Positions 1 through 12,145 of a DNA stretch of 64,000 nt are shown here, in pieces (the stretch's first letter is position 1; each line of letters starts with the position of its first letter). The notes beneath the pieces were generated by a model. That model was given only the letters and a program-made list of their open reading frames with translations. It ran no database searches and had not been told where the DNA came from. A program made the position numbers and the translations under genes. This DNA comes from Stegostoma tigrinum (Eukaryota): contig NC_081398.1 of the NCBI RefSeq assembly GCF_030684315.1, forward strand, positions 6,552,385 through 6,616,384, given 5' to 3'.

Positions 1-362
1 CTATTCATGTACCTATACAGATGCCCTTTAACTGACGTATTGTACCAGCTCCCAACACTTCCCCTGGCAGCTCGGTCAGTACATGAACCATGTGAAAAAG
101 TTGTCCTTCAGGTCCCTTTTAAACCTTTCCCTTCTCACTTTAAAACTACGTGCTCCAGTTTTGGACTCCACTAGCCTGGGGGACATTTTACCCCATCCTT
201 AACCTTCATGATTTTGCAAACCTCGACAAGGCCACCCCTTGGCCTCTGATGCTCCAGGGAAAGTAGCCCAGCCTATTCACCCCGCCCTACAGCTCAAACC
301 GTGCAATCCTGGCAACGTCTTTGTAAAACTTTTCGGCTCCCTTTCAAGTTTCACAATATCTA
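1..362 (-). mobile_element. CR1/HER1-type LINE 3' fragment
   Basis: Matches the other minus-strand CR1 3' fragments in the window (gaaaaagttgccc...aaacctatgccc...ctcaaaccc..caatcctggcaac motifs, cf. 35860-36150 and 46500-46800). Confidence 0.7.
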
Positions 363-364
363 CC

Positions 365-3300
365 AGTGAGGGTCGGAGTGATGGGGATTGGGAGGGTAGT
401 GAGGGTCGGAGTGATGGGGATTGGGAGAGTAGTGAGGGTCGGAGTGATGGGGATTGGGAGGGTAGTGAGGGTCAGAGTGATGGGGATTGGGAGTGTAGTG
501 AGGGTCGGAGTGAAGGGGATTGGGAGTGTAGTGAGGGTCAGAGTGATGGGGATTGGGAGGGTAGTGATGGTCAGAGTGATGGGGATTGGGAGTGTAGTGA
601 GGGTCGGAGTGAAGGGGATTGGGAGTGTAGTGAGGGTCGGAGTGATGGGATTGGGAGTGGAGTGAGGGTCGGAGTGATGGGGATTGGGAGTGTAGTGAGG
701 GTTGGAGTGATGGGATTGGGAGTGTCGTGAGGGTTGGTGTGATGGGGATTGGGAGTGTCGTGAGGATCGGAGTGATGGGGATTGGGAGTGTAGTGAGGGT
801 CGGAATGATGGGGATTGGGAGTGTCGTGAGGGTCGGAGTGATGGGGATTAGGAGTGTCGTGATGGTCGGAGAGATGGGGATTGGGAGTGTAGTGAGAGTC
901 GGAGCGATGGGGATTGGGAGTGTAGAGAAGGTCGGAGTGATGGGGATTGGGAGTGTAGTGAAGGTTGGAGTGATGGGATTGGGAGTGTAGTGCGCGTCGG
1001 AGTGATGGGGATTAGGAGTGTCGTGACGGTCAGAGAGATGGGGATTGGGAGTGTAGTGAGGATTGGAGTGATGGGGATTGGGAGTGTAGTGAGGGTCGGA
1101 GTGATGGGGATTGGGAGTGTAGTGAGGGTCGGAGTGATGGGGATTGGGAGTGTAGTGCACGTCGGAGTGATGGGGATTAGGAGTGTCGTGACGGTCGGAG
1201 AGATGGGGATTGGGAGTGTAGTGAGGATTGGAGTGATGGGGATTGGGAGTGTAGTGAGGGTCGGAGTGATGGGGATTGGGAGTGTAGTGAGGGTCGGAAG
1301 GATGGGGATTGGGAGTGTCGTGAGGATTGGAGTGATGGGGATTGGGAGAGTAGTGAGGGTCGGAGTGATGGGGATTGGGAGAGTAGTGAGAGTCGGAGTG
1401 AAGGGGATTGGGAGTGTAGTGAGGGTCGGAGTGATGGGATTGGGAGTGTAGTGAGGGTCGGAGTGATGGGGATTGGGAGTGTAGTGAGGGTCGGAGTGAT
1501 GGGATTGGGAGTGTCGTGAGGGTTGGTGTGATGGGGATTGGGAGTGTCGTGAGGATCGGAGTGATGGGGATTGGGAGTGTCGTGAGGGTCGGAGTGATGG
1601 GGATTGGGATTGTAGTGAGGGTCGGAGTGATGGGGATTGGGAGTGTAGTGAGGGTCGGAGTGATGGGGATTGGGAGTGTAGTGAGGGTCGGAGTGATGGG
1701 GATTGGGATTGTAGTGAGGGTCGGAGTGATGGGGATTGGGAGTGTAGTGAGGGTCGGAGTGATGGGGATTGGGAGTGTAGTGAGGGTCGGAAGGATGGGG
1801 ATTGGGAGTGTCGTGAGGATTGGAGTGATGGGGATTGGGAGAGTAGTGAGGGTCGGAGTGATGGGGATTGGGAGAGTAGTGAGAGTCGGAGTGAAGGGGA
1901 TTGGGAGTGTAGTGAGGGTCGGAGTGATGGGATTGGGAGTGTAGTGAGGGTCGGAGTGATGGGGATTGGGAGTGTAGTGAGGGTCGGAGTGATGGGATTG
2001 GGAGTGTCGTGAGGGTTGGTGTGATGGGGATTGGGAGTGTCGTGAGGATCGGAGTGATGGGGATTGGGAGTGTCGTGAGGGTCGGAGTGATGGGGATTGG
2101 GATTGTAGTGAGGGTCGGAGTGATGGGGATTGGGAGTGTAGTGAGGGTCGGAGTGATGGGGATTGGGAGTGTAGTGAGGGTCGGAGTGAAGGGGATTGGG
2201 AGTGTAGTGAGGGTCGGAGTGATGGGATTGGGAGCGTAGTGAGGGTCGGAGTGATGGGGATTGGGAGTGTAGTGAGGGTCGGAGTGATGGGATTGGGAGT
2301 GTCGTGAGGGTCGGTGTGATGGGGATTGGGAGTGTCGTGAGGATCGGAGTGATGGGGATTGGGAGTGTCGTGAGGGTCGGAGTGATGGGGATTGGGATTG
2401 TAGTGAGGGTCGGCGTGATGGGGATTGGGAGTGTAGTGAGGGTCGGAGTGATGGGGATTGGGAGTGTAGTGAGGGTCGGAAGGATGGGGATTGGGAGTGT
2501 CGTGAGGATTGGAGTGATGGGGATTGGGAGAGTAGTGAGGGTCGGAGTGATGGGGATTGGGAGAGTAGTGAGAGTCGGAGTGAAGGGGATTGGGAGTGTA
2601 GTGAGGGTCGGAGTGATGGGATTGGGAGTGTAGTGAGGGTCGGAGTGATGGGGATTGGGAGTGTAGTGAGGGTCGGAGTGATGGGATTGGGAGTGTCGTG
2701 AGGGTTGGTGTGATGGGGATTGGGAGTGTCGTGAGGATCGGAGTGATGGGGATTGGGAGTGTCGTGAGGGTCGGAGTGATGGGGATTGGGATTGTAGTGA
2801 GGGTCGGAGTGATGGGGATTGGGAGTGTAGTGAGGGTCGGAGTGATGGGGATTGGGAGTGTAGTGAGGGTCGGAGTGATGGGGATTGGGATTGTAGTGAG
2901 GGTCGGAGTGATGGGGATTGGGAGTGTAGTGAGGGTCGGAGTGATGGGGATTGGGAGTGTAGTGAGGGTCGGAAGGATGGGGATTGGGAGTGTCGTGAGG
3001 ATTGGAGTGATGGGGATTGGGAGAGTAGTGAGGGTCGGAGTGATGGGGATTGGGAGAGTAGTGAGAGTCGGAGTGAAGGGGATTGGGAGTGTAGTGAGGG
3101 TCGGAGTGATGGGATTGGGAGTGTAGTGAGGGTCGGAGTGATGGGGATTGGGAGTGTAGTGAGGGTCGGAGTGATGGGATTGGGAGTGTCGTGAGGGTTG
3201 GTGTGATGGGGATTGGGAGTGTCGTGAGGATCGGAGTGATGGGGATTGGGAGTGTCGTGAGGGTCGGAGTGATGGGGATTGGGATTGTAGTGAGGGTCGG

Positions 3301-3960
3301 AGTGATGGGGATTGGGAGTGTAGTGAGGGTCGGAGTGATGGGGATTGGGAGTGTAGTGAGGGTCGGAGTGAAGGGGATTGGGAGTGTAGTGAGGGTCGGA
3401 GTGATGGGATTGGGAGCGTAGTGAGGGTCGGAGTGATGGGGATTGGGAGTGTAGTGAGGGTCGGAGTGATGGGATTGGGAGTGTCGTGAGGGTCGGTGTG
3501 ATGGGGATTGGGAGTGTCGTGAGGATCGGAGTGATGGGGATTGGGAGTGTCGTGAGGGTCGGAGTGATGGGGATTGGGATTGTAGTGAGGGTCGGCGTGA
3601 TGGGGATTGGGAGTGTAGTGAGGGTCGGAGTGATGGGGATTGGGAGTGTAGTGAGGGTCAGAGTGATGGGGATTGGGAGTGTAGTGAGGGTCGGAGTGAT
3701 GGGGATTGGGAGTGTCGTGATGGTCGGAGAGATGGGGATTGGGAGTGTAGTGAGAGTCGGAGTGATGGGGATTGGGAGTGTAGAGAGGGTCGGAGTGATG
3801 GGAATTGGGAGTGTAGTGAAGGTCGGAGTGATGGGGATTGGGAGTGTAGTGCGCGTCGGAGTGATGGGGATTAGGAGTGTCATGACGGTCGGAGAGATGG
3901 GGATTGGGAGTGTAGTGAGGGTCAGAGTGAGGTGGATTGGGAGTGTCGTAAGGGTTGGAG
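365..3960 (+). repeat. 33-bp G-rich minisatellite (gtgagggtcggagtgatggggattgggagtgta)n, roughly 108 copies, inside the last intron of the SPSB gene
   Basis: Direct tandem repetition; the 11-aa periodic translation VRVGVMGIGSV equals 33 nt. Occasional 32-bp units shift the frame. Confidence 0.97.
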
Positions 3961-4615
3961 TGAGGGGGGATGCGATTTGTTTTGAGAGTCAGTGTAAGGG
4001 CAATGGGGATTGTAGTGATGGATGTGCTGACAGGGATGAGGAGTGAGTATCAGATCAAGGAGGGTAGGGATTGTAATGAGGTCGGTGGAGATGAGGAGTG
4101 AGAGTTGGCATGAGGGTGTATGGCAGTGAGGATGGATATGAGAGCATTGGTGAGTAAGAGTCGGAGTGAGGATGTGGGGATTATAATGCGGGTCAGAGTG
4201 AGATGGATCGGGAGTGAGGGTGGGACTAAGTGTCAGAGTGAGGGCATGAGGATTTTACTGAGGGGCATGGGGAGTGAGGGGTAGCGGAGTGAGGGTTGTA
4301 GTGAGTGGTATGAGAATTGATGGTCAGAGTGAGGGGTACGGGGATTGACGGCCAGAGTGAGGTGTATGGGGAGTGAGATTCGGAGTGAGGGGCATGGTGG
4401 GTAAGGGTCGGGAGCGAGGGCCATGGCGAGTCAGGATCAGAATGAGGGACGTGGGGATTGTAGTGATGATCGGAGCGAGGGGCATGGGGAGTGAGCATCG
4501 GAATGAGGGGTATGGGGAGTGAGGGTCGGAGTGAGGTGTATGGGGAGTGAGGGTCGGAGTGAGGTGTATGGGGAGTGAGGGTCGGACTGAGGGCTATGGG
4601 GAGTGAGGGTTGGGA
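3961..4615 (+). repeat. Degenerate continuation of the minisatellite, ending in a 28-bp unit (gagggtcggagtgaggtgtatggggagt)
   Basis: gagggtcgga recurs at 4521, 4549 and 4577 (period 28) and shares the core of the 33-bp unit. Confidence 0.8.
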
Positions 4616-4686
4616 GATTGCTGTGTTAGAAGTTTGGAAAGATTTCTCACTGAGAACCACCCTCTCGTCTCCCTTCCTCAATCCAG

Positions 4687-4814
4687 GAGAGCCGCTCCGT
4701 CTCGTCGATTTCTCCCGGCGGAGAATCCGTCAGGCGCTTGGACAGGATCGGATCCCGCAGGTAGCTTCGTTACCTCTTCCCCCCGCCCTCCAAAGCTATC
4801 TCCGACATTCCTGA
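4687..4814 (+). CDS. SPSB2: Terminal SOCS-box exon of a SPRY/SOCS-box protein (SPSB family, most like SPSB2)
   Basis: Pyrimidine tract plus cag acceptor (4684-4686), phase-1 entry, then EPLRLVDFSRRRIRQALGQDRIPQVASLPLPPALQSYLRHS*. This contains a BC box and an LPLP cullin box. It resembles SPSB1/4 (EPLPLMDLCRR) and SPSB2 (Ser in place of the BC-box Cys, QV..LPLPPA..YL). Paralog assignment is tentative; the SPRY exon lies upstream of the window. Confidence 0.8.
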
Positions 4815-5329
4815 AAGCAGGAGGAGAGGACAGACAGAGCAAGAGAGACGCAGAAATGTCAGCTCAGTTATGCACTGTGTTAAATGAACCCTTCGCCTTG
4901 CACCTCCCCAGGGTTCGGGGTGTGGAATTTGATGGGTTTTTAAGCCATACTTTCTCAGACTCGGGCCACTGTGAGGAGAGAATAACCGTGGCTGTTCCTC
5001 CCATCACTAAATGATAGCCCATTGTGGACTCTTTGCATTCCTCGATTTTCTTAAACTAATTCACAATTTACCAGCTCTGTATCGATCAGACCACTGCACC
5101 TGCTCACTTGAGCTCTCTGTCCCATTCCGTGTTTCTGAGGTGTACTTTCTGTCTCGCTGATCTGTTATCACATTCTGTTCATCACTTTTGTCCCCACCTC
5201 CATCCTCTCTCTCTCCCTTTAGTTCTTTCCCACTCTCTGATGCTCCCTATCGCTTCCATTTTCTGCTTGTTACTGCCCCTCCCCAGTTTTTGCACCATTG
5301 CCTTTCCTCTCTCTCTCACACGCACACGT

Positions 5330-5509
5330 NNNNNNNNNNNNNNNNNNNNNNNNNNNNNNNNNNNNNNNNNNNNNNNNNNNNNNNNNNNNNNNNNNNNNNN
5401 NNNNNNNNNNNNNNNNNNNNNNNNNNNNNNNNNNNNNNNNNNNNNNNNNNNNNNNNNNNNNNNNNNNNNNNNNNNNNNNNNNNNNNNNNNNNNNNNNNNN
5501 NNNNNNNNN
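5330..5509. other. Assembly gap (180 N)
   Basis: Run of N. Confidence 1.
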
Positions 5510-6378
5510 ATTCCCTGTTGTATTCTGTCTGCCTTTTCTGTCCTCTACTCTGTCTCTATCTCTCTCTCTTTCTGCATCGCACTGTTTCTCTTTCACACTA
5601 TGAACACAACCTCCTTATTTAAGAAATCTGGACTGAAAGGGGAGAGAGAATGGACACCGTTTTGAAGAGGAGAAGGAAACTGTGCTGGAAATTGCATGCA
5701 GCTTTGGAGGAATGATTGCAGCTCTGATCGATGGGTCTGAATGTATGTTATTCATTGGGAACAAAAACAAAATTCAGTGGGGACTGGTCAGTTTGCAGCC
5801 TCTATGAGGATTTGGGAGAGAATGGTGAAGACACATAAGCAAGGTCACCTCCAGAAACCCCAGCCCCACTGTTCCACCTTTCCCTGTTGAAATGCTCTCC
5901 CCATTTTTATATATATTTGTGGAAAAAGCAGATAAACATTGAAAAAAAACCTCTAAAACCCAAAAACTTTAACCAAAGCAAGGAAGCAAGCAACACTGTG
6001 TGTAGTTGTGCAATCATTGAAGAATCGAAAGGATTATGGAACAGACCCAATTCATTTTGTGAATGAAAAAACAACTGAAAGAGCTGCGGGTGCTGTAACT
6101 CAGGAATACAGGCAGAATTTGTTGGGAAAGCTCAACAGGTCTGGCAGCATCTGTGAAGAAAAAGAATCAATGTTAACTTTTCGGGCCCCACGATCGATTT
6201 CTCAAGTGAAACTGTCTCCTAATTATTTTTACACTTCACTCAATGTTTTTTTTGTGTGCACGAATTTTAAACGGGGCCACGTTTAAGCTACAGAAACGAA
6301 AAGTTCTGCTTTGCTACTGCTTCATGTTAGAGCTGCGAGTAACCATGATGTGTTGTGCTGGACTGGGATGGACACAGT

Positions 6379-6519
6379 CAGAAGTCCCACGACACCAGGT
6401 AAGAGTCCAACAGGTTTATTTGAAATCACAAGCTTTCCCAGCGCTGCTCCTTCATGAGGCCAAAACTTGTGATTTGAAGTAAACCAGTTGGACTATAACC
6501 TGGTGTCATCTGGCTTCTG
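6379..6519. mobile_element. Short palindromic Penelope-derived (MITE-like) element
   Basis: Imperfect inverted arms cagaagtc..gacaccagg..agtccaac..ggtttattt.aaatcacaag and cttgtgattt.aagtaaacc.gttggact..cctggtgtc..gcttctg. Confidence 0.6.
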
Positions 6520-7069
6520 GCAAAGTCACTAGTTTTTGAGAAAATACAGTCATTTTCGCTGTTTACTCAGAAACCTGGTATAGTTTGTTTTGCTTTATAC
6601 TGGAGAAGTACAAAGGTAAGGTTACAACAGTCCCAAAGAGCTATAGGACTGCTCTCTCCTGAGAAAGACAGATGACTGAGGATCAAGCAGAGGGTTGGGG
6701 TTAAGAGGCCAAGCAGAAGTGTCCTTTGTGGCGACCTCAGCCAAATCAGAAATTGAACCCACGCTCCTGGCTTCACAAACCAATTGTTTGTTCAGAAGTA
6801 AATTAGGATTGTTGATTGCATCACATTTGTGGGGGCTAGAGGATCTACCCCTGTGTGCCATGCCCAAGTTTGGGAAACCATTGGGTGGGGTATTTAGGAA
6901 CAAGAATGACACAACATTGGGATGGAATTAGTCCAAGTCTTAAAGGATAAAGGGGCATTCTCCCAAGGCTTATGCATTCATAAATGGACTGGCACAGGGA
7001 CCTGCTAAAACCTTCCTGCAGGTTGACGCGATATCTATGACCAACAGGCAAGAGATCATAAATCCAACT

Positions 7070-7480
7070 TATAGAGTCAGAAAGAACAGAAACAGACCCT
7101 TCGCTCCAACCAGTCCATGCCGACCATAATCCCAAACTAAACTAGTCCCCACCTGCCTGCACTTCGCCCATATCCCTCCAAACCTTTCCTATTCATGTAC
7201 TTATCCAAATGTCTTTTAAACGTTGTAACTGTGCCCAAACCCACCACTTCCTCAGGAAGTTCATTCCACGCACAAACCACCCTCTGTGTAAAAAAGTTGC
7301 CCCTCATGTCTTTCTCCTCTTAACTTGAAATGTGTCCCCTAGTCTTGAAACCCCTCTTCCTAGGGAAACCTTATTTGTAACCCTCAGATCTTATAAACCT
7401 CAATAAAGTTACCCTTCAACCTCCTATGCTCCAATGAAACAAGTCCCAGCCTATCCAGACTAATTTTATAACTCAAACCT
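7070..7480 (-). mobile_element. CR1/HER1 LINE 3' fragment
   Basis: Shared 3' end motif (acagacccttcg..ccaac.agtccatgccgacc...). Confidence 0.7.
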
Positions 7481-7989
7481 CAGGAAAATAAAATGACACC
7501 TGTCATTCAGTGAATCTATACCCCTCATGATTTTATAAGCCTCCAATATAAAGTGAGGATTGTCAGGAAAACCCCACTTTGGTTCACTCATGTCCTTCAG
7601 GTGAGGAAACTGCTATCCTTACCTGGTTTGATCTACATGTGACTCCAGACCCACAGCAACATGGTCGACTCTTAACAACCCTCTGGGCAATTAGGGATGG
7701 GCAATAAATGCTGCCTTACCCGTGATGCCCTCATTCCAGGAATGAACTATAAAAAATTTCTGGATTTGTAGGCAGAAGTTGCAGACTTTAACGGCAAACT
7801 TTACACAGGAAAATATGGATATTAGGAACTCATACCACTTACAATGATCTCATCTTCTTTGAAGAAGTTTAATAAAATTCCATAAGCTTTGATGATAAAA
7901 ATGAAAGGCTTTAAACCAGCAGTGATGACTAGTTCTCTCGAACTCATTCATAAAGTTAGACCTTCTTTCTCAACAAAAATATGTCAAGA

Positions 7990-8522
7990 GAATGCAACTA
8001 AGAACAGGGATGTACTGCCGAGGCTGTATAAGGTTCTGGTCAGACCAAATTTGGAATATCAGGCACCAAATCGAAGGAAGGGTGTGCTGGCCTTGGAAGG
8101 GTTCCAGAGGGGGGCTGCATGAATGTTCCTGAGGATGAAGGGCCTGTCACATGAGGACTCTGGGTCTGTACTCAATGGAATTTGGAAGAATGAGGGAAAA
8201 TCTGATTGAAACTTCCAGAATACTGAGGGGACTGGATAGAGTGGACGTGCAGAAGATGTTTCCACAAGTAGGACAGACTGGGACCCGAGGGCACAGCCTC
8301 AGAGTGAAGTGACGAACTGAGATGAGGAGGAATGTCTTCAACCAGAGGGGTAACTCTGTGGAACTCATTGCCCAAGACAGAGATAGTTCTTGTTTAGTAA
8401 AGGGATCCAGGGTTATCGGGAGAAGGCAGGGGTGTGAGCTGAGAAACATATCAAATATGTTTGAATGATGCAGCAGATTCAATAGGCCAAATGTCCTAAT
8501 TCTACTCCTGTATCTTATGGCT
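7990..8522 (+). mobile_element. CR1 LINE ORF2 C-terminal fragment and 3' tail
   Basis: Translates as LYKVLVRPNLEY...LEGFQR; tail ctcctgtatcttatgg. Confidence 0.75.
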
Positions 8523-8686
8523 TTGCCCCTCATTCAAAGCAATAGGGATCACATTATTTCAGTTTTGCTTTGCTGTTTAGCAAAGACAAAGGAAGCTGAT
8601 AATGGCTGTCAGTAAAAATTAGTACTGTCAAGAAGTGTAGCCTATGCTCTTGCAGATTAAGCCAAGAGCAGGCTGCCATCGAACCA

Positions 8687-10801
8687 CATCACCTCAGGGG
8701 ACCTCCCACCCACAGCCTCCAACCTCATTGTTCCCCAACCCCGCACGGCCCGTTTCCATCTCCTTCCCAAAATCCACAAACCTGCCTGCCCTGGTCGACC
8801 CATTGTCTCAGCCTGTTCCTGCCCTACCAAGCTCATCTCTACCTATCTGGACTCCATTTTCTCCCCTTTGGTCCAGGAACTCCCCACCTACGTCCGTGAC
8901 ACCACCCACGCCCTCCACCTCCTCCAGGACTTCCAATTCCCTGGCCCCCAACACCTCATATTCACCAGTCCCTGTACACCTGCATTCCGCATGCAGATGG
9001 CCTCAAGGCCCTCCGCTTCTTCCTGTCCCGCAGGCCTGACCAGTCCCCCTCCACCGACACTCTCATCCGCCTAGCCGAACTCGTCCTCACCCTCAACAAC
9101 TTCTCTTTCGATTCCTCCCGCTTCCTACAGACGAAGGGGGTGGCCATGGGCACCCGCATGGGCCCCAGCTATGCCTGCCTCTTTGTAGGTTACGTGGAAC
9201 AGTCCCTCTTCCGCACCTACACAGGCCCCAAACTCCACCTCTTCCTCCGTTACATTGATGACTGTATCAGCGCCGCCTCTTGCTCCCCAGAGGTGCTCGA
9301 ACAGTTCATCCACTTCACCAACACCTTCCACCCCAACCTTCAGTTCACCTGGGCCATCTCCAGCACATCCCTCACGTTCCTGGACCTCTCAGTCTCCATC
9401 TCACGCAACCAGCTTGTAACTGATGTCCATTTCAAGCCCACCGACTCCCACAGCTACCCGGAATACACCTCCTCCCACCCACCTTCCTGCAAAAATTCCA
9501 TCCCCTATTCCCAATTCCTCCGCCTCCGCCGCATCTGCTCCCACGATGAGGCATTCCACTCCTGCACATCCCAGATGTCCAAGTTCTTCAAGGACCGCAA
9601 CTTGCCCCCCACAGTGGTCGAGAACACCCTTGACCGCATCGCCCGCATTTCCTGCAACACATCCCTCACACCCCGCCCCCACCACAACCGCCCTAAGAGG
9701 ATCCCCCTCGTTCTCACACACCACCCCACCAACCTCTGGATACAACGCACCATCCTCCGACACTTCCACCATCTACAATCCGACCCCACCACCCAAGACA
9801 TTTTTCCATCCCCACCCTTGTCTGCTTTCCGGAGAGACCACTCTCTCCGTGACTCCCTTGTTCGCTCCACACTGCCCTCCAACCCCACCACACCGGGCAC
9901 CTTCCCCTGCAACCACAGGAAATGCTACACTTGCCTCCACACCTCCTCCCTCACCCCTATCCCAGGCCCCAAGATGACTTTCCATATTAAGCAGAGGTTC
10001 ACCTGCACACCTGCCAATGTGGTATACTGCATCCATTGTACCCGGTGTGGCTTCCTCTACATTGGGGAAACCAAGCGGAGGCTTGGGGACCGCTTTGCAG
10101 AACACCTCCGCGCGGTTCGCAATAAACAACTGCACCTCCCAGTCACAAACCATTTCCACTGCCCCTCCCATTCTTTAGATGACATGTCCATCATGGGCCT
10201 CCTGCTGTGCCACAATGATGCCACCCGAAGGTTGCAGGAACAGCAATACTTGTTCCGCTTGGGAACCCTGCAGCCCAATGGTATCAATGTGGACTTCACC
10301 AGCTTTAAAATCTCCCCTTCCCCCAACGCATCCCTAAACCAGCCCAGTTCGTCCCCTCCCCCCACTGCACCACACAACCAGCCCAGCTCTTCCCCTCCAC
10401 CCACTGCATCCCAAAACCAGTCCAACCTGTCTCTGCCTCCCTAACCTGTTCTTCCTCTCACCCATCCCTTTCTCCCACCTCAAGCCGCACCTCCATCTCC
10501 GACCTACTAACATCATCCCATCTCCTTGACCTGTCCGTCTTCCCTGGACTGACCTATCCCCTCCCTACCTCCCCACCTATACTCTCCTCTCCACCTATCT
10601 TCCTTTCTCTACATCTTCGGTCCACCTCCCCCTCTCTCCCTATTTATTCCAGAACCCTCACCCCATCCCCCTATCTGATGAAGGGTCTAGGCCCGAAACG
10701 TCAGCTTTTGTGCTCCTGAGATGCTGCTTGGCCTGCTGTGTTCATCAAGCCTCACATTTTGTTATCTTGGATTCTCTAGCATCTGCAGTTCCCATTATCA
10801 C
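8687..10801 (+). mobile_element. Penelope-like element (Neptune type), 5'-truncated, RT + GIY-YIG endonuclease
   Basis: ORF 9140-10444 has GVAMGTRMGPSYA, RYIDD, a Cys linker PCNHRKCYTC and VVYCIHC..YIGETKRRLGDRFAEH..GIN. It is followed by a C/T-rich 3' region and a hammerhead motif. Confidence 0.93.
10675..10702 (+). ncRNA. Minimal hammerhead ribozyme motif at the Penelope 3' end
   Basis: CTGATGA-a-GGGT(ctag)GCCC-GAAA-CGTC: conserved core, stem II, and a palindromic ACGT in place of stem III with a GUC cleavage triplet. Confidence 0.65.
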
Positions 10802-10913
10802 AGCCATACGAGCCCAGTGGGTTTGTGTATGGTCAGTCTGACTGATTGACCATTCAGGCCAGTCAGCACCAGGGAGGGCTCCACATAAAGGGGTGAGGAG
10901 GGGAACAGAGTGG

Positions 10914-11255
10914 GGTGGCACGGTGGCTTAGTCATTAACACTGCTGCCTCACAGCATCAGGGACCCAGGTTCAATTCCAGCCTGGGGCAACTGCACGGGT
11001 GGAGTTCACACATTCTCCCTGTGTCTACATGGGTTTCCTCCAGGCGCTCCAGTTTCTTCCCTCAGTGAAAAGATGTGCAGCAAAGGTGGATTGGAAATGC
11101 TTAAATTGCCCATAGAGTCTGTGGTGGGAAAGGCAGAGATAGGGTCGGGGGTGGGGGGGGGGGGGTGGTGGGTCTGGGTAGGATGCTCTATGGAGGGTCA
11201 GTCTGGACTCAAGAGGCTGAATGGCTTGCTTCCACACTGGCAAGGTTCTATGATG
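10914..11255 (+). mobile_element. tRNA-derived SINE (HE1/V-SINE-like)
   Basis: A-box-like ggtggcttagt, B-box ggttcaattcc, central V-type core (tggagttcacacattctccctgtgtctacatgggtttcc), CR1-like tail. Confidence 0.75.
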
Positions 11256-11589
11256 TGCTGGTTAGGATGGATTAGCCACCCTAAGTTGCCCATTGCAATA
11301 GAGTTAGCCACCTGTCTTGACTATTTTTGCCCTGTGGTGAGTTGCTACCCTTCTGGAGTGAGAGAGGGGCAGGTATTTCAGGAGGTGCAAATGGTTGGCA
11401 CCTCCAGTACGCTGGGCAGGTAGTCCAAGAGTGTAAATAGGCAGAGTGCAACAATGGGTAGTAGAATTGGCAGACAGCAGTGAGATTGGCAGCTCAGGGA
11501 CCTTGGGTTGGAGGTGCATGCAGTGGCAGAGTCAGTTTGTGAGGTATCTGAGAGAAGAGGGCAGCATTTACCCTTGCAGACTGGAGAAG

Positions 11590-12145
11590 GTCATATAGCA
11601 CAGAAACAAACCCTTCGGCCCAACTTGTCAATGCTGACCAGGTTTCTGAAACTGAACTAACCCCACTTGCCTGCGATTGGCCCCTATCACTCTAAAACCT
11701 TCCTATTCACATTCCCATCCAGATGCCTTTTAAATATTGTAGTTGTAACAGTCTCCACCACCTCCTCTGGAAGCTCATTCCATACACGCACCACCCTCTG
11801 CATGAAAAAGATGCCCCTTATCCCTCTCCCCTTTAACCTACGCCTTCTAGTTTTTGGACTGTCCTATCTTGTGAAAAAGATCTTGGCTATTCACCTCATC
11901 CATGCTGCTCATTATTTTATAAATCTTTATAAAGTCACCTCTCAGTGAAAAATGTCCCACCCAATCCAGCTTCTCCTTATAACTCAAACCCCCTTCCCCC
12001 CCATCCCCTGGCCCCAGCCCCAGTAACATTATGGTGAATCTTTTCTGAACCCTCTCCAGCTTAATAATATCCTTCCTGTATCTGGATGACCAGAACTGAC
12101 ACAGTGCTCCAGAGGAAGCTTCACCAATGTCTTGTTCAACCTCAT
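11590..12145 (-). mobile_element. CR1 LINE 3' fragment
   Basis: Minus-strand translation LRGDFIKIYKIMSSMDEVN; shared tail. Confidence 0.7.

Noticed and set aside
848-3883. 1011-aa minus-strand ORF and the plus-strand VRVGVMGIGS ORFs
   Set aside because: These are translations of the 33-bp minisatellite, with alternative starts, frame switches at 32-bp units and an intronic position.
365-3960. CRISPR-like or telomeric array
   Set aside because: No unique spacers, the unit is not TTAGGG, and the context is eukaryotic.
10914-10985. tRNA gene (also SINE heads at 32873, 37940, 43085, 44000)
   Set aside because: A/B-box-like heads continue into SINE bodies; there is no cloverleaf.
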